Shown: positions 1-22,300 of the stretch, one piece after another
Position numbering within the stretch: position 1 is the stretch's first letter
Layout of the letters: the number at the start of each line of letters is the position of its first letter
Source of the DNA: Piromyces finnis finn
Taxonomy: Eukaryota; Fungi; Neocallimastigomycota
Reading direction: 5' to 3'
Length of the DNA: 64,000 nt
Assembly: GCA_002104945.1 (NCBI GenBank)
Contig: MCFH01000025.1
Location: 372,001 to 436,000 of the forward strand
Translations under genes and position numbers: made by a program
The notes under the pieces: model-generated
What the model was told of the DNA's origin: nothing
Seen by the model: only the letters and a program-made list of their open reading frames with translations
The model's database searches: none

Positions 1-429
1 AATTTTATATTTATTAATTCATTAATTCTAATACTATGAATATAACCATTTTAAACATAACATTTAACTTTTTTTAAAAAAATATTTTCAAAAAAAAAAA
101 AAAAAAAAAAAAAAAACATTTTATTTATAATAATTCAAATATAATATATACGGTTTAAAAAGCAGGCAAATTACTTTACTTGCCATGTTTCTATTTTTTT
201 TTTTTTTTTTTTTAAATTTTTTTATTTTTGCTATAATAAAATTCATACATTGAATGTTTTATTCATTTCAATTATTTTAGTTGATATATATACTTTAATA
301 TGAATATGTTAATAATTTTTATGGTATTTATATTACCAATTTATTTTTTTGTACTTACATTCATTTTATTTTATTTTTTCTTTATATAAAAAGACTTTAA
401 AATTTTGTTTAATAATACTTTTAAAGGCT

Positions 430-469
<40 letters not shown>

Positions 470-1002
470 AAGTGTATTACTATTATTATACTATTTGATA
501 TAAATACTATAGTTAAATATATTCCAATTTTATAAATTCCTTATATATTTCTTTCTTTCCTTTGAGATTTTACTCAACAAAGCAGAAATAATAAATGGAA
601 TTCTTTTATTATTTTTTATTTTTAATAATATTTACACTTCTCTATTTTTATTAAAAATAAAGAAAAGTTCTCAAAACATAAATTAATTGAAAATTTTAAA
701 ATTAATTAAATCAAATATAATTAAAAGTAGATGAATAAATAATTATCCTGGATTTTTGGCAGAACCATTTTTTTTATGTAGAATTTACATAAAATATATA
801 TTTTAAAAAAAATTTTTATCAACTATTTATTATCAATAATGATTATCAATTAATTTTTTTTTTTAATAACAATATTATTATTTTATTTTATCATTTTACA
901 TACATATCATATATACAAAGGATTGAATAAATAATTCATTTTTATATAAATGCTAATAATGAATTATGAATTATTATAAAGTGACACTATTTGTATTTAA
1001 AC

Positions 1003-3390
<2,388 letters not shown>

Positions 3391-3789
3391 ATACTAAAAA
3401 TATAGGTTTATTATAATTATTATTATATAAATATTTTATTATAATAACTTTTAAAATTATGCCAATAATATTTAATATAAGACTTTATACTTCTCTTTCT
3501 CCTTTATAAAATAATAATGTATAATTTTTATTATAAAAAAAAATAAAAATAAAGAAATAACTAGAATTAAGAAAATATAATTATTATTTTTAAAATTTAT
3601 TATTATTGTAGATTTTAATTAATTAGATTTTAATTAAGCAGTATATGTTGTATTATATTTTATTATTATTAGCTATAAAAAAATTGTACAATAAACTTGA
3701 AATTATTGTATATATTTCATTATATATAAAAATATTTATATATTTTTTTATATACTTTTTTAATAAATAAAAATAATTGAATAATAATA

Positions 3790-4056
3790 ATGGAAAACTA
3801 TAATCAATATAGTCAAAATAGCTTTAGAGGAAGAGGAAATGGAAGAGGAAGAGGAAGAGGTAGAGGAAGACCTTATTTTAATAGACAAAATAATTTTAAT
3901 CATTATAATAACAATTTCAATAATCAATTTAATAATAATAATAATAATATGAGAAATAGAAATTTCAATAAATACTCAAATAATAATAATGTAAATTCAC
4001 ATTTCGAATTTACTTGTGATGAATTTGTCAAGGATCCTTGGTTTGATTTAATTTAA
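3790..4056 (+). CDS. Small 88-aa RG-rich/Asn-rich protein with C-terminal FxxDPWxxL motif (possibly MPLKIP/TTDN1-like)
   Basis: Intronless ATG-TAA ORF with RGRGNGRGRGRGRGR, an N-rich spacer and a non-low-complexity tail EFTCDEFVKDPWFDLI. Head-to-head with ATE1, 400 bp apart. Confidence 0.6.
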   Translation: MENYNQYSQNSFRGRGNGRGRGRGRGRPYFNRQNNFNHYNNNFNNQFNNNNNNMRNRNFNKYSNNNNVNSHFEFTCDEFVKDPWFDLI

Positions 4057-5408
4057 ACATTATATCATTTAATGTAATTTTTTTTTTTTTTCATTATAAT
4101 GTACATTATAGCACAGTATTCATTATTTAATGAAAAGTATTATATATTTATTTGATGAACATTTATATTTCTAAAATAATATATTATTCATTTATAAAAT
4201 AAAAAAAAAAAACATAAATAAAATGTTTTTATTAAAAAGAGCATAATTAAATATATTTAATTAATATTACATACATTTTTAATATAAACAAATAAAACTA
4301 AAATTATAAAATGCAGAATCATTTACCATTCTTTTTTATAGTTATAACAAGCATTTATAAAATTTAAAAATATATGATATTACTATCAATAATAAAGTTA
4401 AATTGTTTTATAATATTTAGTAAGTAATTATCTATTCATAAAGAATTATATTTAAATAGAATATTATTATTATAATAATATTGTAAATTTATTTTCTTTT
4501 AATACCACCTATCCTCTTCACTTTTTTTTTTGTCTGTTTGTTTGTTTTTTAAATATTGAATCTATAATAATAAACTATGTTTTTATCATAGATTTAATAT
4601 ATTTAATAATAATTATATTATTCACAACTTTTTAATATATTACCTTGGAGAAAGAAAGAAAAAAGTGTTAATTTTGTATTATACCAAAATGTTTATGTAT
4701 TTATCAAGTTGCTATCAAAAATATTCATCAATTTCTTAAAATTTTTGATACTTTTATTATAATATTTGATATTAAAAATGAACCAAATAGAATAAAAAGT
4801 AATTTAATAAAGATTTTAATCATATATTTTTGAATCTGAACCAATTAAAAATTATTTTTAAAGTACAATTTTATAAATCTACATACTTAAAAACATTCTA
4901 TCTACAGTTATTGTTTTTTTAATTACTAATAAATAAACTTGTTTTGGTAAACCACTTTTTTTTTTTAATATTACAACTTTTTATTTATTTTTTATTTAAT
5001 TTTTTTTTTTTTTTTTCAAAATATTTATATAAATTTTTATTGATAATAAAAAAATATATTATGGATACGATGTATTTATCGATAATAATAAATATCTAAA
5101 ATATTAAAGCAAACTAAATAAAAAAAATTTAATCAATTTTTTTGTTGTTGTTATTTCTTTCAATAATAATTTAATTTGTTTAATATTTTATGCTGTATTA
5201 ATAGATATAAGGTATTATAAGTATTTTCAACAATTGATATGTTATAAAAATATTAATATTTTTTTAAAAAATAATGGATATGCTATACAAAAATGTAAAT
5301 TTAATTTTATAAATTATAAAAAAAATGACTTTACACTATTAATTCATTATTAATTGATATTATTTTCTTTTAATATTAGCCTTTTATTTAAAGTTTATCC
5401 GAAACATC

Positions 5409-6070
5409 TTATTGAACATTTGGATAAAGTGGCTGTCCATATGGAGAAGGAGTTGGGTAAGATCCTTGTGGTGGTGGTGGGTAGGCACCTTGTGGTGGTG
5501 GGTAAGATCCTTGTGGTGGTGGGTAAGAACCTTGTGGTGGTGGTGGATAAGTACCTTGTGGTGGGTATGATCCTTGTGGTTGAACATCAACAACTTCTGG
5601 TTCACTACCATATGGTTTACCAGTAACAGCTGGAGTTTCAGATGGAATTTCATTATTTTCGTTCTTTCCTTTCTTCTTTCCAGATGAAGCAAGGCTACAG
5701 CAACCCAAACAGCAGCAGATACAAGTGACAATAATAATTGTAATAATTATAACAATTATAATAATAATCCATTTTGCTATTTTACCGAGTCCTTTTTTAA
5801 CAGCTGTATAATTTTTAAAAAGGATAATATTAATATTTAAATTTTAATAAATTATTATAGTTATAGACTATTATGTTTATATATAATATATATTATTATA
5901 CATTGTTTTTATATTTTACCTTTACCACCACTACTAACAGAAACTTTTTTAGAATATTTAGCATTTGGATCATTTAACTTTAAATCAGTTATTTCATTAT
6001 CAATAGCTAAACTATTGACAATAGTTAATAAAGTAGCAAAGAGACTTAATAAGAATAATTTGCTATTCAT
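5409..6070 (-). CDS. Signal-peptide, single-TM, Cys-cluster, Pro/Gln/Tyr-repeat membrane protein (2 exons: 6070-5920, 5803-5409)
   Basis: Exon 1 is MNSKLFLLSLFATLLTIVNSLA (signal-peptide-like). A GT..AG intron 5919-5804 keeps frame. Exon 2 is KWIIIIIVIIITIIIVTCICCCLGCC followed by (P)PPQGSYP repeats, ending PNVQ*. Confidence 0.8.
5445..5580 (-). repeat. Coding tandem repeat of 21-24 bp units (PPQGxYP)
   Basis: Repeated ccttgtggtggtgg(tgg)gta units on the + strand, about 6 copies. Confidence 0.85.
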
Positions 6071-7066
6071 TTTTATTATTTATAATATTTTATTTTTGAT
6101 TTATTTTATATATATATATATAGAATTATTATCTACTTCAAATTAAATTGATTAGTTTTACTTTATTTTTTAATATATTTTTACTTTATTTTAAAAAAAA
6201 AAAGTTTTCAAAGTCATAAAAAATGGTACTTTTTTTCTTTCTTTATATAATATTTTTTTCCTACATAATATATTATATAATAATATTATAATATTAAAGT
6301 ATTACTATTGTTACTCCAATAAACCTAATATTATTTTTTTTTTTTAAATTTACTATTTAAAAATCGACAGCTTTTTCCAATAATTTATTATAACAAACTT
6401 TAATAAATAATAAAGTCTTAAAATTAATTTGTGTTCAAACCATAATTAATAATAAAATATACTATTTTTTAATAAAACAAATTAATTCATATAAAATTTT
6501 ATTATTAAAAATTAATTAAAATAATATATTCAAATAATTAATTGTAAGGTATATAATATATATTATATATATTATATTTGATTTCCACCAGGTTTTTTTA
6601 AAACGATCCAATTTTACAATAGCAAATGTATTTTGCAATATATTAGAATATATTCCAACCAATGGTAATGATAAAAATATTAATAACACTAAAGGAAGGA
6701 AAAGAAAAAAGATTAAAGTAATACCTACTATATAATATAATAATATATATATACTTTTATTCTTTAGAAAAAAAATATTTATAATAAAATGAATGAACAT
6801 TACTTTGTTAAAAAATATATATATATCTTTATTATATATATCTTTATATTTTCATGTGATAAAAATAATAAATATAATAATAATTAACTATTAAAATGAA
6901 TTAATAAAAAAAAATAATTAATTTGTAATAAAAAATAATTTATGAAAATTGTTTCTTTTTCAATTTAATTAAAATTAACCATAAACTTTTAATTTTCATT
7001 TATCAGCAATAATGTTCAAAAATGCTCAATAATATTTCTGTAGTAAAGTCTGTTGCTTTTTTCATT

Positions 7067-7139
7067 AAAAGTAATTAACAATAATGGTATATTTATTACG
7101 ATGGTATCAAAAGTAATTAACAATAATGGTATATTTATT
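7067..7139. repeat. Direct repeat, 31 bp x2, period 42 bp
   Basis: aaaagtaattaacaataatggtatatttatt at 7067-7097 and 7109-7139. Confidence 0.85.
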
Positions 7140-8347
7140 TCGATACTAATAAAACCAAAATCAATAATATCATATAATTTTTAATGGTTTCATTTAAATA
7201 ATATAGACATTTCTTCAATATCTATAATTTATGATATATATTCTATCCATTCCTACACAAAGACATAATAGTTTTAAAATAAATAGTAAAACATAAATGG
7301 ATTGAATTGGTTGATGATACAAAAGATATAATAATAAATTAATATAAAAAAACATCTTTGAAATTATCAAATAACATTTTTTTTAAAAAAAAAGAAAAGT
7401 TCATATATATTAATTGGAATCTTAAATAAATTATAATATGAAACGATATTAATTTTTAATATTCTTATTACAATATTCAAATATGTTAATTAACATTATT
7501 AACATTATTATAAAATAGAATAATTGAACTTTATAAAACTTTTAATCATTCGTTTAAATATAATGTTATTGATTTATTAAATGAATAATTCAAATATAAA
7601 TATATATTTATTATATATTTTGTTAACCTTTTTTAAAATTTTAAAATGAAAAGTTAGAAATTTTTTGTACATTAATGATCTTTGATAACATTAAAATCCT
7701 TGAAAATATATAATTATAATATTTAATATCGATAAAATCTTTGATATATTTTATATTTTATAATACTATTTATAATAGGACTCTTTAATAATAATAAAAA
7801 TCCTTGTTTTTACAATATAAATAAACAAGCAAGTAAAGTTTTTATGTACTGTTTTAATTACAAAAAAAAGTTACACAAATGTTACATTTTATTTTTATGT
7901 TTATAAAAAACTAATAAATAATAATATTAAAAATTATTATTTAATAATTTATTTAAATTTTAATAATATCATTATTTTTTATTATTATTAAGTAAAAAAA
8001 AAAAAAAAAAATATTTTGATATAAATTTAATTATAATATTTATTAATTAAAATATAAACAACAAAAAAATAAAAAATATAAAAAAAACAAATTTCAAAAT
8101 TTCAAATTTCAAATTATAATATGTTTTATGAAAAAAAAAAAAATTAAATTAGATTGGCTTCATTATATATAATAAAGTAATATATAAAAGTTTAAATATA
8201 TAAAGGTATCTTTTTATATATTAAAAGAAAAAATACTCGACAATAAAAATTAATAAATAATATTTTTTAAAATGTATTAAAAAAGTTTTTAATAATTCAA
8301 CAAAACTAAATAGCATTTAAATATATATATAAATATTAATAGTAAAA

Positions 8348-15156
<6,809 letters not shown>

Positions 15157-16310
15157 ATTTTATTGACACTTCATTTCAATAAATTAAATATAATTAATAA
15201 TATTAAAAAATAATAATATTAATATTTAAGAGAATATGAAAAAAAGTTTTTTATTATAAAATGTATAAACTATTTTATAAATATAACAAATAAAGATATA
15301 TAAAATATATAAAAAAATGTTTACTTTAAAGAAAAAAGTTATTTACTACTTAACTTTAAAAATAAAAAATTAAAAAATTAAAAAAAAAAAAAAAAAAAGA
15401 TTATTAAAAAAGATTAAAATAGGAATTAATTAAATTTAATTAAATTAATAACTTTAAAAATTAATATAATTTTAAATGGTACGAATTAGAATAAAGATCT
15501 AAAATGGGTATGAAATAGATTAACTTTAAAAAAAAAAAGAAAATTCAATATAATATTTATAATATTTTTATTTAAAATATTTACTTGTTATATTTTATAA
15601 TAATTCAACTTTATCCTTTTAAGAAATAAAGAAAATTAACTTTTAAAATACAAATATTATCTTTGTGTTAAAAAGTAATTAACATTTTAATATAAAAATT
15701 TCTGGAAATATATTACCAATATACTTTTAATATATATAAAATTTTATATTTCATTATAAAAAAATATTATTGTCTATCTTATAGAATTTTTTTTATATTT
15801 AATATAATAATAATAAATAATAATTATATAAAATTGAATAATAATTATTGAAAATTTTGAAATAAAAAAAAATTAAATTAAATTTTTATTATTTAAATTT
15901 TATTATAATTTTTTTTTTTTTTTTTTACTTTTTTTTTTCGAATTCACAGTCATCAATTATAAAAATTTACTTTATATAATTGCCAATAAAAGATTAAAGA
16001 TTAGTTTGATTGTAAAATATATAGATAGATAGATAGATAGATAAAAAATAGAGAGATATAATATAAAAAAATTAATATCAAAATATTAATATTTAATGTT
16101 AAATTATAAAAAAATTTAAAGTCATTTTCCATGAAAATTTAGAAAAAAAAATATTAAAAAATATTAAAAATTATATAAAGAAATTACAAATTTTATAAAG
16201 TTTTAATAATTCATAAATCTATTATATTTTATTATATAATGATAAATAAATTTAAAAAATACTTTATATTCATATAATAAGAAGTAATAATTGTAGATAA
16301 TTATAATACT

Positions 16311-19300
16311 ATGGAAGTTGATAATGATAATAATACTCAAATTCCTTCAGTACCCCAAAAAATTAAAAAGGAAATTATTGAGGATAATGCATCAATGTCA
16401 AATAAAACCCCATCAACTATAAATATAAGTTCACCAACACCTACAACACCTTCTATTCAGAATATCCCATCTTCTTCAATACAAAATGTAAACAATGTAC
16501 CTATAAAATATTTGAGTGAAGAAAAAGATTCCTATGTAAATATTCTTGAAGAACAATTGGAAAAAGCTATTGAAAAAATAGACCAATTGGCTGTCGAAAA
16601 AAATGAATTAATTCAAAACTATCAAAATCAACATTCTTTAAATTCAGAAGATAACATCCAGATTTCTAATGAAATAAATAATTATCAAGTTCAAACTGCT
16701 GAAGAATTATCTTCAAAAATAAAAGATTTAGAACAACAATTAAAACAAGAAATTTCAATCAAAGAAGAAGGATTTAAAAATTATGAAAGTCGAATGGAAG
16801 AATTACAGAAAAATTATGATACCATTACAAAAAATAATGATATGAAATCAAAAGAAATTGATACATCCTTTAATGCTATAAAAGATATTCAAAAGAAATA
16901 CGAGCAGGAACTTTTGAAAAAAGAAAATTACAAACGTCAAATCAATAAAGTATATACAGATAATGTAAATTTAAAAAAGGAAAATGAAGAAAATAAAGAA
17001 AAAATAGAGGAAATGAAAAATGAAATTGAACAGCTCAATAAAAATATTGAGTCATTAAAAGAAAATATTAAAACGCTGAATGATTCAAATTCTGAAAATA
17101 AAGAAAAAGCAGAAAACAATGATGGTAATGGTGAAACGATACAACAATTAAAAGAAGTAAAACAGGAATATGAAAAAAAAATGGAATATCTTAAAAATAA
17201 ATATGAAACATTAAATAATTATCATGAAGGTTTCAAAACCAAAATCTATGGCCAACTCGATCAGCTTTTTCAAGATTATAAAAATAAAGAAGATAAGTAT
17301 AATAATGAAATTAATGAAAAAAATACAGAACTTTCCTCTGCTTTAACTAAGAATAAAGAATTGATAGAAGAAACAAAATCAAAAGATGACCAAATCAAAG
17401 AGTTAAATTCAAAAATTGAAAAACAAATTATTGATTATAATGATTTAAAAAAAGAACTTGATAAAAAAGAATCTGAATATAAGATAAAAGAACAAGAAAT
17501 TATAATGATAAATGCAAAATATAAAGAATTAATTGAAAATAAAAATAATACAGATAATGATTATGCCGGTAAATCTAAAAATGAAGAGGATAAACTAAAA
17601 GAGCTGGATATACTAGAAAAATATAAAAATGAATTAGAAAATAAAAATCATGACCTTAACACTACTCTCGATGAATTAAAGGAACTAAAACTACAGTTTG
17701 AAAAAAAGAATACTGAAATTAACGAATTATCAATACAAAATGATAAATTGAATGAATATTTAGAAGAATTGAATGAAATGGAAAGCAGTAACGAGAAATT
17801 AACAAAGGCATTGGAAGAATTAAAACAGTATAAAGAAACATCCTTTCAAAAAGAAAAGGAGATTATAAATTTAAATAAAAAGATTGAAGAGTTAAATAAA
17901 GTTAATGAAAGCATCAGTGAAAAAGATCAAGAAATAACAAAATTAAATCAAATGGTAAATGAAAAAGAAAAAAATCAAAGTGAATTTGATAAACAAACAG
18001 AACAAATTAAACAATTAAACGAAAAAATTGGAGAATTAAATACTTTTGAAATGAAATTTAAAGAAAAAGATCAAGAAGTAAGTTCACTTTATGATAAAAT
18101 CAAAGATTTAGAACAAGAGAAGATCCAGTTGCAAGGCGTCGAGAAGAATCTCAAGGATGAATTAGCCACATTAGCAAGTGAAAGTAATGTTAGAGACGAG
18201 GAAATTGAACGTCTTACAGAAGATAACAAAGCTTTAAGAAAAAAAGAGCAAGAATTTAAAATTAAAGAGGATGAATTTATTAGTCGCATTCAAGAATTAA
18301 AAGAAAATGAAATAAAGTATAGACAGGGATTCATGAGAAAAGAAGATTCACTACAGGTAACTATTAAAGAATTGAATAATAGGCTTCAAAGTCAAGAAAT
18401 TGCAAAGAGTAATGAATATAAAAATAAGGTTACTGAATTAAATAAAGTTATTAAAGATCTAGAAGCCGACAAAGAAGGATTTGCAAAAAAAGAAGAAGAA
18501 TTAAAAAATGATCTGGATAATAATTTGAAAATACTGAAAGAAAAAGAAGGATACTTCAAAGAATTAGAAGAAGACTATGAAAAAAAGAAAAAAGAACTAA
18601 CTAATCTAAGGGATAAGTCAGATAGAAATGATGAAGAGATTGAAAATTTAAAACAATTAAATAAAGATTTAAATATTAATAATGAGTCTTATAAAAAGGA
18701 AATTGGGGATTTGAAACAAAAATTCATGGCAATATCTGAAGATAATGTAATGAAAGAAAATAAAATATTAAGTTTAAATAAGAGTATAGCGACCAAAGAA
18801 GAGGAAGCAGAAAGTGCAAAATCTAATTTAGGTAAGAAAGAAAAAGAAGTGGAAAAAATAATAAATCAAATTGATCAAAAAAATCAAGAAAATGAACAGT
18901 TAAAGCAAAAATTAATAAATGTTGAAAAAGAATTAGAAATGGTAAAACAAGAATCTATTGATACTAAACAGAGATTCATTCATAAAGAAGATGAATGTAA
19001 AGAATTAGCCGAAACTGTAATACAACAAAATACTAAATTATTAGAAACAGATGAAAAAATAAAGAAATTAGAAGCAAGCATACTTTCTAAAGAGGAAGAC
19101 TATATTTATCTTAAAGAATGTTACACCAAAACAGAGCAATCACGGAACAAATTAAAAGAAGATAATAAAAGTCTACAAAATAAAATTAATGAATTAAATG
19201 AGAATAATTTTAAACAAGAAATAAAATTAAAGGAAGAAAAAAGGTATGAAAAACTTATTGAGGAATATAAACAAAAAGAATTTGAATACTGTGAAAAAAT

Positions 19301-22300
19301 TAAAGAATATGAAAAAGCAAGTGTTTCCTGTCTTTCAAAGCTTCATGAATCAACGATAAAAGAAAAAGAATATTTAAAGCAAATTGAAGAATTCAAAGAA
19401 AATTTAGAAACATGGGAAAAAGAAAATGATAACTATAAGAATGAGATAATGGTCTGTAAAAAAGAAAATGATGAGTATAAGGAAAGATTAAGATCCGCAG
19501 AAAAGAGAACGGATGATTATAGAGAAAAGTTAAAGATTTCAGAAGAGGAAGTAGATAATTATAAAATGAAATTGAGAACATCAGAAAATATAAGTGATGA
19601 ATACCGTGAAAAATTAAGATCCTCCGAAAATCGAATCGACGAATATAGAGAAAAATTAAGATCCTCTGAGAAAATGGTAGATGACTATAAAGAAAAGTTA
19701 GTCTCTACCGAAAAGCAATTTAAGAATAAATCAGAAGATTTCGAAAAAGAGATAGAACAATTAAGAAATAAATTGACAGAAGTAAAAAAAGAGAAAGAAG
19801 ATATTGAAAAAATATATAAAGATAATGAAAATAAGGATAATATTGTTATAATTAAAGGTAAATATTATTGATTTTATATATTATTTGTTAGTAGTATGAT
19901 GTATACGTATATTTCTATATTAATTAAATACCTCTGTTATAATTAACTATTAGATACTACAGAAAATAATTCCAGAATAATCTATGAAAAAGAAAAAATT
20001 AAAAAAGAAAATGAACAATTAAAGAATGTCATTGTACAAGTCAACGAAATGGTAGAAAATCTTAAACGTCAACTTATTGTTAAAGATAATGAAATCCAAA
20101 ACGAAAAAATAAAGCAAGAAAAAATACATCATGAAATGGAAGATAAAGAAATTGAACACAAAAAAATTGTTGATCAACACTTATTAGAAATAAAAATAAA
20201 AGAAGTGGAATTAAAGAATCTTATTATGAAATATACAGCATTGAAACAAGGAGAGAATGATGAGGAGAATGAGGTCAATGTAGATTTCATTAATATCAAA
20301 GAAGAGATTATGGGTATTAAAAAGAAGGCCGAAGAGGATGTTAAATTAGAACTCGAGTATGAAAAGAGTATCTATATTAAAAGAAAAGAACAAGAATATC
20401 ATAAAAAAAACGATGAACTTGAAAACAAAATGAAATTGGTAGAAATTAAGGCACAGGAAGAAATTGAAAACTTCAAAAATAAACTTAAAGAAGATGCCCT
20501 TAAAGAAATTGAAGAATTCAGAAAGAATTATGAAATTATTCAATTTAACGAAATTCGTCAAAAAGAATTAGAAATTGAAAATAGATACAAAGAAGCCATA
20601 TCTATTAAAAAGCAAGAATTAGATCAGCAAGAGAATAAATTATTAAAGATTAAAAAGCAAGAAATTGAAAGTGCTTTCAATCGTATCATACGAGCAAAAC
20701 AGCACGAATTTGAAGAAAAGTATAAAAGAAAAGTCATGAATCTTAAACTTTTAAACAACAATGATTCTCAAAATAATATTTCTGATGTCAATAAAAATAT
20801 TGTCAAAATCATTAATGATTTAAAAGACCAAATAAATTCCTTGACCAATAGTTTACAATTAGAAAAACAAATCAATGAAAATAACCATAAAAAAATTCAG
20901 ATTTTAGAAGAAGACCATACGAACAAAATACAAATAATACTTCAAAATCACTTTAATCACATTAATAACAATACTATCTTTAATAATAAAACACTCTCCC
21001 TCTTTGATAAAAATGAGTTAGAAAGAATATATAATAATATTAATACTCGATTCCTCGAAAATCTTGAAAGCGGTAATAGTTTTGGTCAAATGAATGAACA
21101 GTCATATTCAATAAAAAAACTAAATGAAATTTTAGCAGCCTTCCAGATCTATTTTTGGAAGTTGAAGGAAACTGTTCAAGACTACGAAAATAAAATAAAG
21201 GAAGTTAATTGGAGTAAAAAGATGAACGAAACAAGAAATGAAAGTGATGAAATTATTAGAAGAGAAAATAAGTTCAAATTATTAATGAGGGAAAAAGAAA
21301 GTGAATATTTAAGAATATTAACAGAATTAGAAATAGAAAATTATTTAAAGGAAAGTAATTTGATTGAAAATGGACTGTATATGAAGAACAACAGCTTTGA
21401 CAAGAATCATTATGAAAATCGTCTTAAAACACTTGAAGTACAATACAATAATTGTATGAATATTTTAGAAAGTGAAAAGAAAATATCTACTCGCCTATTG
21501 AATGAAAACAAAGAGCTTAGTCATCATTTAATGAAGGAACAAGAATCTTCCAAGGACATTGCTAAAACAACCCAAAAATACAAAGATTTATGTAATCAAT
21601 ATCGTCAAAAGTTAAGTGCCTTAGAAGATAAATACAAGAGCGAGTTAAAGAAACGTAGTAAGATTATTGAAAACTGTATACGTCAAATGAAGCAAAAACA
21701 AAGTAAACATAGTAAAACAAAAACTGCGGAATTTGTTAATATTGATGGGGTCGTCAATACCTACAAAAGAGACGATGATGGTAAAACAGAGGATGAATCA
21801 CGCCAAAAGTATCATTCTGATTTAACAACGGGTGACTTTGCCACATCCCTTTACACAGATCGATACACAAACAGAGAAAATGATGACGAAGAAGACGATA
21901 GTGATGAAAACAAAAGTAAAAGTGATTCAAGTGAAATTGAAGATGAAAAAGAATCAGACTCTCTTCAAACAGAGTCTTTTAATACTACTGTAAGAACCAC
22001 CGAAATGACCACTGAATTAAATGATTCTGAAGAAGAAGAAGACAATGGCAAATCAAACTCCAATGAAACTAGCAATAATAATGAAAAAGATGATGATGAT
22101 GATGAAAATAATGATGAAGAAAAGCATCATACTCGTGTATACAAAAGTTATCATGAATCATCCTCAGAAGAAGGTAATGATGATAATGATGATGATGATG
22201 ATGATGATGATAGCGATTCATATCAAAAAAAGAAAAGCAAAAAGGAAAAGAAAAAGGCACATAAAAAGAATAACAAAAAAAAGAGTAGTGGTCATGATGT

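Noticed and set aside
5354-5731. His-rich (5384-5731, -) and Val-rich (5354-5626, +) ORFs
   Set aside because: Shadow frames of the Pro-rich repeat. Only the PPQGSY frame connects to a signal peptide and TM exon.
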